Notes under the pieces: model-generated
Database searches by the model: none
What the model saw: the letters and a program-made list of their open reading frames with translations, nothing else
What the model was told of the DNA's origin: nothing
Part shown: piece after piece, positions 17,712 to 26,774 of the stretch
Layout of the letters: each line of letters opens with the position of its first letter
Position numbering within the stretch: the first letter of the stretch is position 1
Made by a program: the position numbers and the translations under genes
Source of the DNA: an uncultured Spirochaetota bacterium
GTDB lineage: Bacteria > Spirochaetota > Spirochaetia > SZUA-6 > Fen-1364
Direction: 5' to 3'
DNA: 64,000 nt
Assembly (NCBI GenBank): GCA_963781885.1
Contig: CAWAHW010000002.1
Span: forward strand, 288,001-352,000

Positions 17712-20498
17712 CTACAACGCGTGCACGGCGCGGATGGCCTGCAGCAGCTCGGCGGAAGGGGAGTTTTTCATGATGAAGGCGACGGCGCCGGCGTTCAGGA
17801 AATCCGCTTCCACGTCCTTCCTGTCGTGCATTGAAAGCCCGATGACCTTCATGTGGGGATGCTCGAGACGCAGGAGTCGTGTCGCTTTGATGCCGTCGAT
17901 TTCCGGCATCTCGATGTCCATGAGCACGACGTCCGGCAGGAGCCGTCGGGCGCGGTCAAGGGCGACCCTCCCGTTCTCCGCTTCGCCGACCACTTCGATG
18001 TCGTCGCTCAGGTTGAGCATCGCGGCCAGCGCCTGGCGCACGACGGAGTGATCGTCGACGACCAGGACCCTGATTTTTGACCGAGCGGCGCTCTGTATCG
18101 CTGGCGCCGCTTCCGCCGCTTCCGCTGTCGCGACGAGAATCGTAAAAACGCTTCCCCTTCCAGGGGCGCTCTGGACGGCGAAACCGCAGCCGCGATTCTG
18201 CAACCGCTCCTGGACCGCGAACAGGCCGAAACCGCCCTCCACGGATTGCCCGCGAACCGTGGCAGGGTCAAAGCCCCGGCCCGCGTCGCTCACCTTGATC
18301 TGGATCTGGTTGCCCGCGCTCACCACTTCGATCTTTCCTTCACGGGTCTGCGCGTGCTTGGCGATGTTGAAGATGAGCTCCTGGACGGATCGATAGATCA
18401 TGATGGTGATGTCCTCCGACAGCTTCATCTGGCGGATGTCCGTCTCCAGCGTGATGTCCAGGCCGTATTTTTCCTTCGCCCACTGCGTCAGCCATTCGAG
18501 GACGGCGACCATGTTCCCTTTGTACAGGACGGAGGGGCAGAGCTTCGCGGTGAGCGATCGCGTGATCTGGAGGCAGCTTTCCAGCAGGTCCTGGCACGGC
18601 TTTGCCGTCGCGTCGTCGACGCACTCCAGGCGCAGCTTCAGACCGACGAGAATCTGCTGCAGCTCGTCGTGCAGGACGCCCGCCAGTTGACGGCGCTCCT
18701 TCTGCTCGGCAAGGGTGAGCTGCGCGGTGAGGCCGTGCAATTGTGCATTTCTCTCCTCGAGCGTCCTCTGCGTCTCGTCTCTCTGCGCCCGGGCCCGCAG
18801 CGCCTGCAGACCGTAGGCCATGTCTCCCGCGAGCTCCTTGAAGAGCGCGATTTCTTCCTTGTCAAAGGCCGCGATCTTGCCGGAATAGATGGTGAGCGCG
18901 CCGAAAGGGGCGCCATTGGGGCTCGCCAGGGGAAGGGCAAGAGACGACCGGAAGCCCCGCGTGAGGGCCTCGTCCCGCCAGGGCCTGAGCGAGTCGTCAT
19001 TGAAAAAGTCCGCGCCGACGCACACCCGATTCTCCCGGATGGCGGTTCCCGTCGGGCCGCGGCCGCGCTCGACGTCCGCCCAGGTGATCCGTGCCCGCTC
19101 GAGGTAGCCATCCTCGAAGCCGACATTGGCGACGGGGCGGACCGTCCTTGCGTCGTTGTCTTCCGCGTAGCCCACCCATGCCATGAGATATCCGCCTTCC
19201 GCCACGATGAAATGACACAGGCTTCGGATCAGCTCCGTCTCATCGGCGGCAGCGACCAGGGCCTGGTTGCACTGGGAGAGCATGCGATACAGCCGAACGC
19301 TCTTCTCCAGCTGCCCGGTCCGTTCGCGGACCTGCGCCTCGAGTCTTTCGTTCATCTCGGCGAGATGACGCTCCAGCGCCTTGCGCTCCGTGACGTCCAC
19401 GAATGACGCAACGGCGCCCAGCATCGTGCCATCCGGCGTGCGGATGGGCGCCGCGCTGGCCGATATCCACACCGTGCGGTCGGGAAAAGGCGCCGCCAGG
19501 ACGACGTTGTGCACCGTGTCGCCGCGCAGGGCGCGCTGCGCGGGTATCTCTTCCGTCAGGAACGGCTGCCCGTTTTCCTTTTCCCAGGCCATGATGCGCT
19601 GGCGTTCGCCGACCGTCTTGTTGAAAAAAAGCTCCGACGTGAATGTCTGTTCCGCAATACTGTTCATCCAGACGGCTTTGCCTTCCATGTTGTAGATGAT
19701 CAGGCCGGTTGCCATCGAGGAGATGGTGGCATTGAGCTCGGCGGCACGCCGCTCCGCTTCGGAAAAGAGGCGCGCCCTCTCTTTTTCTGCCTCCTTCTGC
19801 TCCGTCACGTCGCGGATGACGGCAACGGAACCGATGATCATGCCGGCGGAATCCCGCACCGGGGCGGCGTTGATCTGTTGGCAGCGCATGTCACCGGTCG
19901 CCGGCATACGGACCAGGACTTCCTGGCTTTTTACCACCTCCCCGTGCAGGGCGCGCAGCGCCGCGGCCTCTTCGATAGGACGCGGCTTTCCATCGGGCCA
20001 GAATACCTCCAGGCCCGCATTGAGGCTCTCCAGGGGTACTCCCTCGGCGGTCTGCAAATCGTAATTGTGCAGCGCGGGCCGGTTGGCGAGGACGATTCTT
20101 TTCTCCGTATCGGCGAACCAGACCTCGTCCGGTATGCTCTGCACGAGCGCCGCGAGACGGTCTTTTTCCTGTAGGGCTTTTTCTTCCGCGCGTTTCCGCT
20201 CGGTGACGTCCAGGCAGTAGAAGCGGACGGCCTTCTCTGTTTCCAGGAAAATGACTTCGAGCTGATACCAGCGGGAAGGGCCGGCGCGAACGGTGAGTGT
20301 CGCATTCTCCCTTTTGCCCTTGGCGTATTCGCACGCGATCTCCCGCAACCACGGCAGAGCCTCGAATTCGCCAAAGACGGCCCTTGCGGCGGGGTTGGAG
20401 AAAACTATCTTCCCGTCGAGACTCGACTCAAACACGGGGTTCGGATTGAGATCGGGGAATGATTGCTGCCGCGCACCATCATGACTGCCGACGCGCAT
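17712..20498 (-). CDS. hybrid sensor histidine kinase (PAS-PAS-GAF-HisKA_3-HATPase-REC)
   Basis: ERRQLAGVLHDELQQ, NIAKHA, DAGRGFD, GGFGL, C-terminal VVDDH..DIEMP; GGAGG SD. Confidence 0.92.
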   Translation of the reverse strand: MRVGSHDGARQQSFPDLNPNPVFESSLDGKIVFSNPAARAVFGEFEALPWLREIACEYAKGKRENATLTVRAGPSRWYQLEVIFLETEKAVRFYCLDVTERKRAEEKALQEKDRLAALVQSIPDEVWFADTEKRIVLANRPALHNYDLQTAEGVPLESLNAGLEVFWPDGKPRPIEEAAALRALHGEVVKSQEVLVRMPATGDMRCQQINAAPVRDSAGMIIGSVAVIRDVTEQKEAEKERARLFSEAERRAAELNATISSMATGLIIYNMEGKAVWMNSIAEQTFTSELFFNKTVGERQRIMAWEKENGQPFLTEEIPAQRALRGDTVHNVVLAAPFPDRTVWISASAAPIRTPDGTMLGAVASFVDVTERKALERHLAEMNERLEAQVRERTGQLEKSVRLYRMLSQCNQALVAAADETELIRSLCHFIVAEGGYLMAWVGYAEDNDARTVRPVANVGFEDGYLERARITWADVERGRGPTGTAIRENRVCVGADFFNDDSLRPWRDEALTRGFRSSLALPLASPNGAPFGALTIYSGKIAAFDKEEIALFKELAGDMAYGLQALRARAQRDETQRTLEERNAQLHGLTAQLTLAEQKERRQLAGVLHDELQQILVGLKLRLECVDDATAKPCQDLLESCLQITRSLTAKLCPSVLYKGNMVAVLEWLTQWAKEKYGLDITLETDIRQMKLSEDITIMIYRSVQELIFNIAKHAQTREGKIEVVSAGNQIQIKVSDAGRGFDPATVRGQSVEGGFGLFAVQERLQNRGCGFAVQSAPGRGSVFTILVATAEAAEAAPAIQSAARSKIRVLVVDDHSVVRQALAAMLNLSDDIEVVGEAENGRVALDRARRLLPDVVLMDIEMPEIDGIKATRLLRLEHPHMKVIGLSMHDRKDVEADFLNAGAVAFIMKNSPSAELLQAIRAVHAL

Positions 20499-20553
20499 GC
20501 CTTCCTCCTCCCGTCGATGCCAGGTCTTTCCGCTGAAGGGGAGAAAAGCATGC

Positions 20554-21063
20554 CTACCACAAGGGTGGAGAAAAGTCAACTTTGCCGGATGGTCCCGTCG
20601 CCGCCTTCGCGATCCGGCCGGCTGTGCGGGCGGTGATCGTGATGTGCCCGACACCGAGTACCAGCGCCGCCACCGCGGGGAGGATCGAGCGCATCACAAT
20701 CGATTCCAGGAGGAAGCAGGCGACCGGGAAGACCGCCATGGGGATGGGGATGCCGAACATCGGCCTGAAAAGAAGCGAGAAGTCCCGGCCGCCGCGCATG
20801 TAGCGAATCCACCCCGCGTAGTAGAGCCCCAGGGAAAGCGCCAGGGCGATCCATGCCGAGACCACCAATGGCCCGGAGAATGAGAGCGGAAAGAAAATCG
20901 GCATCAGGAAGCAGCACGCCTGTCCGACTCTCTCCAGGATCGTGAAGAGGGGCGGGTCGGCCGCCGCGCCCTGTTCCGCGTTCACCGGTGGATAGAGGAG
21001 ATAGAGCAGGTTGGGGACCAGCACGGCTGCCGGAATCGAGAGGCTCAGGGGATGGAGGAGCAT
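20554..21063 (-). CDS. hypothetical membrane protein
   Basis: 169 aa, about 5 hydrophobic helices. Confidence 0.7.
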   Translation of the reverse strand: MLLHPLSLSIPAAVLVPNLLYLLYPPVNAEQGAAADPPLFTILERVGQACCFLMPIFFPLSFSGPLVVSAWIALALSLGLYYAGWIRYMRGGRDFSLLFRPMFGIPIPMAVFPVACFLLESIVMRSILPAVAALVLGVGHITITARTAGRIAKAATGPSGKVDFSPPLW

Positions 21064-21096
21064 CGATTCATTCCACGGCGGCGACCGCGGCCCGGT

Positions 21097-21468
21097 TCAC
21101 GCGATCCTGCACGGTATCACCGCATCCTCGTCAAAGGAATACACGGCGCACAGACGGTGGTAGCCATCCGCGATGATGACCTTGCCGTTGGCCGCGTCCC
21201 GCAGCAGGAGGAGGGGTGAGAGGGCGCGCCCGGATCTTATCTTTTCCTGGTCCTTTTGCACGTGCGCATTACTCACGCCGAGCAGCGACAGGCCCGATGC
21301 CCGAAAGATGTCCTTCGCCTTGAACTTTGCAAGGGGAGCGCTTTTGAGCCGTGCGACATGGGCGGCTGCCGTCTTTTCGTCGAAAAGAAGGGAGAGGTAG
21401 GACAAGGCCGCAGGGTAGTTGTGCTCCTCCGGCTCGCTCAGCCAGGTGACCTCGACGTTCTTTCCCAT
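21097..21468 (-). CDS. conserved hypothetical protein with ParB/Srx-like motif
   Basis: LSPLLL..IIADGYHRLCA; GGAGG SD. Confidence 0.75.
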   Translation of the reverse strand: MGKNVEVTWLSEPEEHNYPAALSYLSLLFDEKTAAAHVARLKSAPLAKFKAKDIFRASGLSLLGVSNAHVQKDQEKIRSGRALSPLLLLRDAANGKVIIADGYHRLCAVYSFDEDAVIPCRIA

Positions 21469-21572
21469 TGCCGCCTCCCGGCCCCGAGCTTCACACAGGA
21501 GCGACACATGTTCAACCCGGCGCTGCGGCGCATTCTGTACGAGCCGCATTTTCGCGTGATACAATGCATGTC

Positions 21573-22034
21573 ATGAAGCGATACTCCGTTGCGCTCCTCT
21601 GTGCCTCCGTTCTCCTGGTCCTTTCCGGATGCGACGTCTTGAACTTCCTCTGGCAGGGCATCATCGGCAAGGGGTACTACCAGCTCACGCAGGCGTCGGT
21701 CGCCGCGGAGAGCACGAGCATGACCAATGCCCCCATCGATCTTTCGACGCTGACCACAAGCTCTGTGATCGTCTATAAGACGAGCGCGAATGGCCTCTAT
21801 GGAAAGCTGTCGCTTCTGACCGCCCCGCCGACGGGAAGCCTCACGATCATGTTCGTGACATACAAAGCAGACGGAACGACGAAGCAAAGCTCCACGAGCG
21901 TGATCATCCCGGCCGCCGGCGCGTTCGACCTTGAAGGAGGAATCCAGACCGCACAAGGCAACAGCGATTTCGTATTTTCGAGTCCTGCGACACTGACGCC
22001 GGAAAACTTCGCGAAATTCTATCTCATGCCGTGA
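21573..22034 (+). CDS. lipoprotein
   Basis: MKRYSVALLCASVLLVLSGC lipobox; Ser/Thr-rich beta domain. Confidence 0.8.
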   Translation: MKRYSVALLCASVLLVLSGCDVLNFLWQGIIGKGYYQLTQASVAAESTSMTNAPIDLSTLTTSSVIVYKTSANGLYGKLSLLTAPPTGSLTIMFVTYKADGTTKQSSTSVIIPAAGAFDLEGGIQTAQGNSDFVFSSPATLTPENFAKFYLMP

Positions 22035-22047
22035 GCTGCGGGACATG

Positions 22048-22073
22048 AAAAAGCCGCCCGGGAGGGGCGGCTT
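22048..22073 (-). terminator. terminator between convergent lipoprotein and htrA genes
   Basis: AAGCCGCCC/GGGCGGCTT stem with flanking A-run. Confidence 0.75.
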
Positions 22074-22091
22074 CCAGGATCCGTCTCCTGA

Positions 22092-23618
22092 CTATCGACT
22101 CATCCCGATCGTTACGTCAGTGCCCTGCCGGCTGATCTTGAAGGAAATGTCCTTCTTCGTCCTGTCGTTCACCGCCTTGTAGAAATCCATCACCGTGTGG
22201 ATGTCCTTCCCGTTGATCTGCGTGATGAGGTCACCGGGACGGAACCCCGCGATTGCCGCCGGCGACTGGTCCTGTGCGTTGTTGCCGGACAAAGCCCCCT
22301 GGATCATGACGCCGTCCACGCCCTTGGCGATATCGTTGAAGCCGGGGAGCTGGCGCGCGTCGTCATTTGCGTGGAAGACCACCAGGCCCGGCCACATGTT
22401 GGAATACGCCGTCTCATCGGACCCGTCGGCGGGCCGCACGGCGAGCTTGACGGACACTTTTGTCTTTTCCCCGTTGCGGATGATCTCGAAGTCGTAGGTC
22501 CTGCCCGCGAGCAGGTCCCCGACCACTTGGATGAGCTTGTTCGTGTTGGGGATGTCGGTGCCGTTGGCCGTCGTGATGTAGTCGCCCGGCAGGAGCCCGC
22601 CCTTGTCCGCCGCCGAGTTCTTGAAGACGTTCAGAACGAGCGATCCCTTCACGTTGTCGACCTTCAGGTCCCTGCCGACACCCGGAAGCGTGTCACTCTC
22701 CGGGTCACCGGGGAGAATGCCGAGGAAGCCGTACTCCACCTTTCCCTTGCTGATGAAATCGTCCACCGCCTTCTTCGCGCTGTTGATCGGGATGGCGAAT
22801 CCGAGGCTGATGCTTCCCCCCGTGGGCGTGGCAATCCAGGTGTTGATGCCCACCACCTCGCCCTTGATGTTCACGAGCGCCCCGCCCGAGTTGCCCTCGT
22901 TGATCGCGGCGTCGGTCTGGATGTAGTCGGTATTCGAGCTGAGCTGTGAATTGCTGCGGCCCAGCGCGCTCACGATTCCCATCGTGACCGTGTTCTCAAA
23001 ACCCCAGGGGTTGCCCACGGCGAGAACGAGGTCGCCGACTTCCAGGTCGCTGGAGTCGCCCAGCTCGGCCACCGGCAGGCTCCGGCTGCTGCTGAAGGAG
23101 ATGACGGCGAGGTCCCGCCGCGAGTCCGTCCCCACGGTTTTCACATTGCCGATGACGGTTTCGTCGGACAGCTTTACCTTGATCGTCGTGGCCGAATCCA
23201 CGACGTGGTTGTTCGTGAGCACGTAGTAGGTGCTGCCGGACCTCTTCACGATGATACCGGAGCCCAGACCCTGCTGGACGCGGGGCTGCGGGCTCCTGCC
23301 ATTGTTCGGCTGGTTGAAGAACCAGTCGAAGGGGCTTGCGGGCAGCGCGCCGCCCGCCTGCTGCGTGATGTCCACCTCCACGACAACGGGGAGCACCTTC
23401 TGCGCCACCTCGCGGAACGAGTACTGTATCGTGGCGAGGTTTTTCGTGGCTTCCGCCATGCCTGCCGAGTTCGACGCCGGGCCGGACGGCGAGGAGGATT
23501 GGGCGATGTCGGTGCCGCCGGTCTTCTCCGCCCTGCCGAGAGAGAACGCCATTGCGGGACCGAGGACCAGCAGCACGAGCGCCGCCAAAGCAATGTATGT
23601 CAAAGAGGGATGTTTCAT
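22092..23618 (-). CDS. htrA: Do/DegP-family serine protease with two PDZ domains
   Basis: GLGSG, LTNNHVV, DLAV, QTDAAINEGNSGGAL; GGAGG SD. Confidence 0.93.
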   Translation of the reverse strand: MKHPSLTYIALAALVLLVLGPAMAFSLGRAEKTGGTDIAQSSSPSGPASNSAGMAEATKNLATIQYSFREVAQKVLPVVVEVDITQQAGGALPASPFDWFFNQPNNGRSPQPRVQQGLGSGIIVKRSGSTYYVLTNNHVVDSATTIKVKLSDETVIGNVKTVGTDSRRDLAVISFSSSRSLPVAELGDSSDLEVGDLVLAVGNPWGFENTVTMGIVSALGRSNSQLSSNTDYIQTDAAINEGNSGGALVNIKGEVVGINTWIATPTGGSISLGFAIPINSAKKAVDDFISKGKVEYGFLGILPGDPESDTLPGVGRDLKVDNVKGSLVLNVFKNSAADKGGLLPGDYITTANGTDIPNTNKLIQVVGDLLAGRTYDFEIIRNGEKTKVSVKLAVRPADGSDETAYSNMWPGLVVFHANDDARQLPGFNDIAKGVDGVMIQGALSGNNAQDQSPAAIAGFRPGDLITQINGKDIHTVMDFYKAVNDRTKKDISFKISRQGTDVTIGMSR

Positions 23619-23739
23619 TCTATAGTTCCTCCTGTGCACAAGATACCTCTCCCAGATTGTGGATTGACTGGTCGATTGTTAATTTTCGTTAATCTGGTAT
23701 CATGAGCGACGTATTCTGTCCAGGGGAAGGGAATCGCCC

Positions 23740-24531
23740 GTGAACAACGACCAGATCCGCGCAACGCTCCTTTCCCTGCGAAAGACCGAGTTCGATTTCT
23801 CCGTCATCCTTTCGGGCAAGAAGAGCCGCAAGGTGCACGGCCTCTACAAGCCGGAGACGCGCGAGATCATCATCCACAACAAGAACTTCAAGAACGACAA
23901 CGAGCTCATGTATACGGCAATACACGAATACGCGCACCACATCCAATTCACCACCGCCGCGCGGCCGATCTCCGCGCGCACCCACACCACGGCCTTTTGG
24001 AACCTTCTCCACACGCTGCTCTTCGAGGCCGAAGCAAAGGGCATCTACCGGAATCCTTTCGACGCCATCGACGAGTTCCGCGCGCTCACGCGGCAGATCA
24101 AGGACAAGTTCCTGACGGAAAGCGGCGCCGCGATGAAAGAGCTGGGCCGGCTCCTCATCCAGGCGCACGAGCTGTGCGAGAAGCACGGCACGAGCTTCTC
24201 CGATTACCTCGACAGGGTGCTCGCCCTGCCGCGGACAAGCGCGAATGTCATCATGAAGGCCCACACGCTCGACCTGGACCCCGCGGTCGGCTTCGAGAAC
24301 ATGCGGACGCTCGCCACGATTCGCGACGATCGCGCCCGGCAGGCGGCGCAGAAAGAGCTGCGCGCGGGGCACAGCCCGGACATGGTGAAGACCGCCTATG
24401 GACCCACGGCGCCGCCAAAGGATCACCGCGAGGCTCTCCAGGCCGAGAGGGAGAGGCTGGAGAAGAGCATCGAGAGGATGAAAAAGCAGTTGAAGGAGAT
24501 CGAAAAGCGGCTCCGTGAGCTCGATCAGTAG
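23740..24531 (+). CDS. HExxH zinc-metallopeptidase-like (SprT-like) protein with C-terminal coiled coil
   Basis: AIHEYAHH..HTTAFW motif. Confidence 0.75.
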   Translation: MNNDQIRATLLSLRKTEFDFSVILSGKKSRKVHGLYKPETREIIIHNKNFKNDNELMYTAIHEYAHHIQFTTAARPISARTHTTAFWNLLHTLLFEAEAKGIYRNPFDAIDEFRALTRQIKDKFLTESGAAMKELGRLLIQAHELCEKHGTSFSDYLDRVLALPRTSANVIMKAHTLDLDPAVGFENMRTLATIRDDRARQAAQKELRAGHSPDMVKTAYGPTAPPKDHREALQAERERLEKSIERMKKQLKEIEKRLRELDQ

Positions 24532-24549
24532 CCGCCAGGAGCGTTCACC

Positions 24550-25062
24550 ATGGACATTCACGAAACGATCCGGCTCCGCAAGAGCGTGCGCGCATTCCTG
24601 GACAGGCCCGTCTCAGACGAAACGCTCGCCCGCGTGATGGACGCGGCGCGTCTTGCCCCCTCGGCCCGCAACGGCCAGGAGTGGCGATTCGTCGTCGTCC
24701 GCGACGGCGCGACGCGCGAAAGGATCGCGCGGGAGGCCGCCCGGCAGCCCTTTATCGGCACGGCGGCGATACTCCTGGCCGCATGCGCCGAGACCGACGG
24801 GAGGATCATGCGATGCGGCCAGGCCGCCTACCCCATCGACGTCGCCATTGCGATGGATCACCTGAGCCTTGCGGCGGTCGCGGAAGGCCTGGGCACGTGC
24901 TGGATCGGGTCATTCGACGAATCGCTCGTGAAGCAAATACTCGGGATACCCGATGCGATACGGGTCGTCCAGCTCATGCCGCTGGGCTACCCCGCGGACA
25001 CCGGGCCGGTCGCCAAGATCAGGCTGCCGCTGGAACAGATCGTGCATCACGAAAGGTGGTGA
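24550..25062 (+). CDS. nitroreductase family protein
   Basis: RKSVRAF, APSARNGQEWRF, EGLGTCWIGSF, LGYP. Confidence 0.92.
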   Translation: MDIHETIRLRKSVRAFLDRPVSDETLARVMDAARLAPSARNGQEWRFVVVRDGATRERIAREAARQPFIGTAAILLAACAETDGRIMRCGQAAYPIDVAIAMDHLSLAAVAEGLGTCWIGSFDESLVKQILGIPDAIRVVQLMPLGYPADTGPVAKIRLPLEQIVHHERW

Positions 25063-25063
25063 G

Positions 25064-25783
25064 ATGCCGAAGCTGGAGATCAGCAAGGTTCACGACGCCT
25101 ACGCGGACCCGGGGGAATGTCCCCTGTGCGCGCTGAGGGAATCCGCGGAGGCGACCTACGTCCGCTCCTTCCAGCACTCCCGCGTGATGGAGCCGAACGT
25201 GCGCGTCCAGACAAATGCAGTCGGCTTCTGTCCCGATCACTACGGAAAGCTGTATCGCGCGGAGGACAAGCTCGGCCTCGGTCTTGTCGTCCACACCCAT
25301 CTCCAGCAGCAGATCCCGCAGATCCGCGCCGCATTAAAGACAATCGCGACGGCCGGCAGGAGCCGCCAGACGCGGAGGGGCACGGCGGAAGCAGAGGCGG
25401 CGCTCGCCGCGCTGCGGGACCGCTGCTTCATCTGCGACATGCTCCGCGCGGACGGCGAGCGCTACGCCTTCACCATCCTCTACCTGTGGAGCAAGGACGC
25501 GGAGTTTCCCGCTCGGTTTCGCGCGTCGCGCGGATTCTGCATGGGTCATTTCCTCCAGATGCTCGCCGCGGCGCGGAGGCTGTTGCGCGCGGACCGCGCG
25601 CGCCACTGGATCGAAGAAGCAGCTGCCCTCCAGATAGAAAGCCTGGAGGGTCTGGAAAAGGACCTCTTTGCCTTTACGCAGCTTTCCCGAAGCGAGAATA
25701 AAAGCCTTGGATCCGAGACCGAGCGGACGGCGCTTGGGCGCACCCTTCAGAAGCTCGCCGGGGGACGATTCCGCCTGGAGTGA
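25064..25783 (+). CDS. DUF6062-like protein with duplicated CxxC..CxxH motifs
   Basis: CPLC..GFCPDH..CFIC..GFCMGH. Confidence 0.75.
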   Translation: MPKLEISKVHDAYADPGECPLCALRESAEATYVRSFQHSRVMEPNVRVQTNAVGFCPDHYGKLYRAEDKLGLGLVVHTHLQQQIPQIRAALKTIATAGRSRQTRRGTAEAEAALAALRDRCFICDMLRADGERYAFTILYLWSKDAEFPARFRASRGFCMGHFLQMLAAARRLLRADRARHWIEEAAALQIESLEGLEKDLFAFTQLSRSENKSLGSETERTALGRTLQKLAGGRFRLE

Positions 25784-25790
25784 GGGGCGG

Positions 25791-26774
25791 CTATTCCAGG
25801 GCCGCGAGAATCGAAAGGAAATTTTCCGGCATCGGCGCGTGGATTCTGATACGCGCTCCCGTCACCGGGTGGACGAACTCCATCCGCGACGCATGGAGAC
25901 AATGCCGGGCCGGTGCCTCATTTTCCCCACCGCGGGCATTCACGTGGTCAAGAAACATCCGTTCATCACGGTAGAGAAGATCGCCGGCGACCGGATGCCC
26001 CTGGGATGCCAGATGCACCCGTATCTGGTGCTGGCGGCCGGTGAGGGGGGAGGCGCGCACGAGGCTGTGCGCGGCGTAAATCCAAAGCACCTCATAGGTG
26101 GTGACGGACGGCAGGCCGTCCGGGCGGACGGTCATCTTCAGGCGCACGCTGCTTGTCTCGTCCGGGCCGAGAGGGAGCTCGATACGGCCTCGGTCCTCCG
26201 CCATTCGTCCTTCCACCAGGGCGATGTACTCCTTCGACAACTGCCTGCCCGTCATGAGGGCCTGCATGGCCTTGTGCATCGCTTGTGTCTTTGCGACCAG
26301 CACGATCCCGCTCGTCCCCGCGTCCAGGCGATTCACGAGGGTGGGGTAGCGGCTCATGTCCCCCTGGGTGAGACTCGCGCGGATCTCCCGTGCGCTGCGT
26401 TCCCGTGCGAACTGCACGAGCGTGCCGGTCTGCTTGCGGCCGACGGGATGCGACACCATGCCCGCGGGCTTGTCCAGGGCGAGGAGAAAATCGTCCTCGA
26501 AAAGGACGGGAACGGACGAGGCCCGGCGCAGATCGGGCGGTCCACGCCACGCGACGGTGATCCTGTCGCCGCTGCGCAGCCGCGTCGCCGTGGAGTAGCG
26601 CCTGCCGTTCAGGAGCGATTCGCCCATCTGGATCTTCTGCCGGACGCGGCCGCGCGACAGGAAGGGGAGCTCGCGCGAGAGATAGGCGTCCGCCCGCAGC
26701 CCGTCGCTCCGGGCGTCCACGATGAGCACCGAAGGGGCCTCCTCAGGTGCGCCGATAGGCATCGAGGACTTCAC
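25791..26774 (-). CDS. RluA-family pseudouridine synthase with S4 domain
   Basis: DKPAGMVSHP, NRLDAGTSG, TGRQHQIRVH, GDLLY, LHA. Confidence 0.92.
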   Translation of the reverse strand: MKSSMPIGAPEEAPSVLIVDARSDGLRADAYLSRELPFLSRGRVRQKIQMGESLLNGRRYSTATRLRSGDRITVAWRGPPDLRRASSVPVLFEDDFLLALDKPAGMVSHPVGRKQTGTLVQFARERSAREIRASLTQGDMSRYPTLVNRLDAGTSGIVLVAKTQAMHKAMQALMTGRQLSKEYIALVEGRMAEDRGRIELPLGPDETSSVRLKMTVRPDGLPSVTTYEVLWIYAAHSLVRASPLTGRQHQIRVHLASQGHPVAGDLLYRDERMFLDHVNARGGENEAPARHCLHASRMEFVHPVTGARIRIHAPMPENFLSILAALE

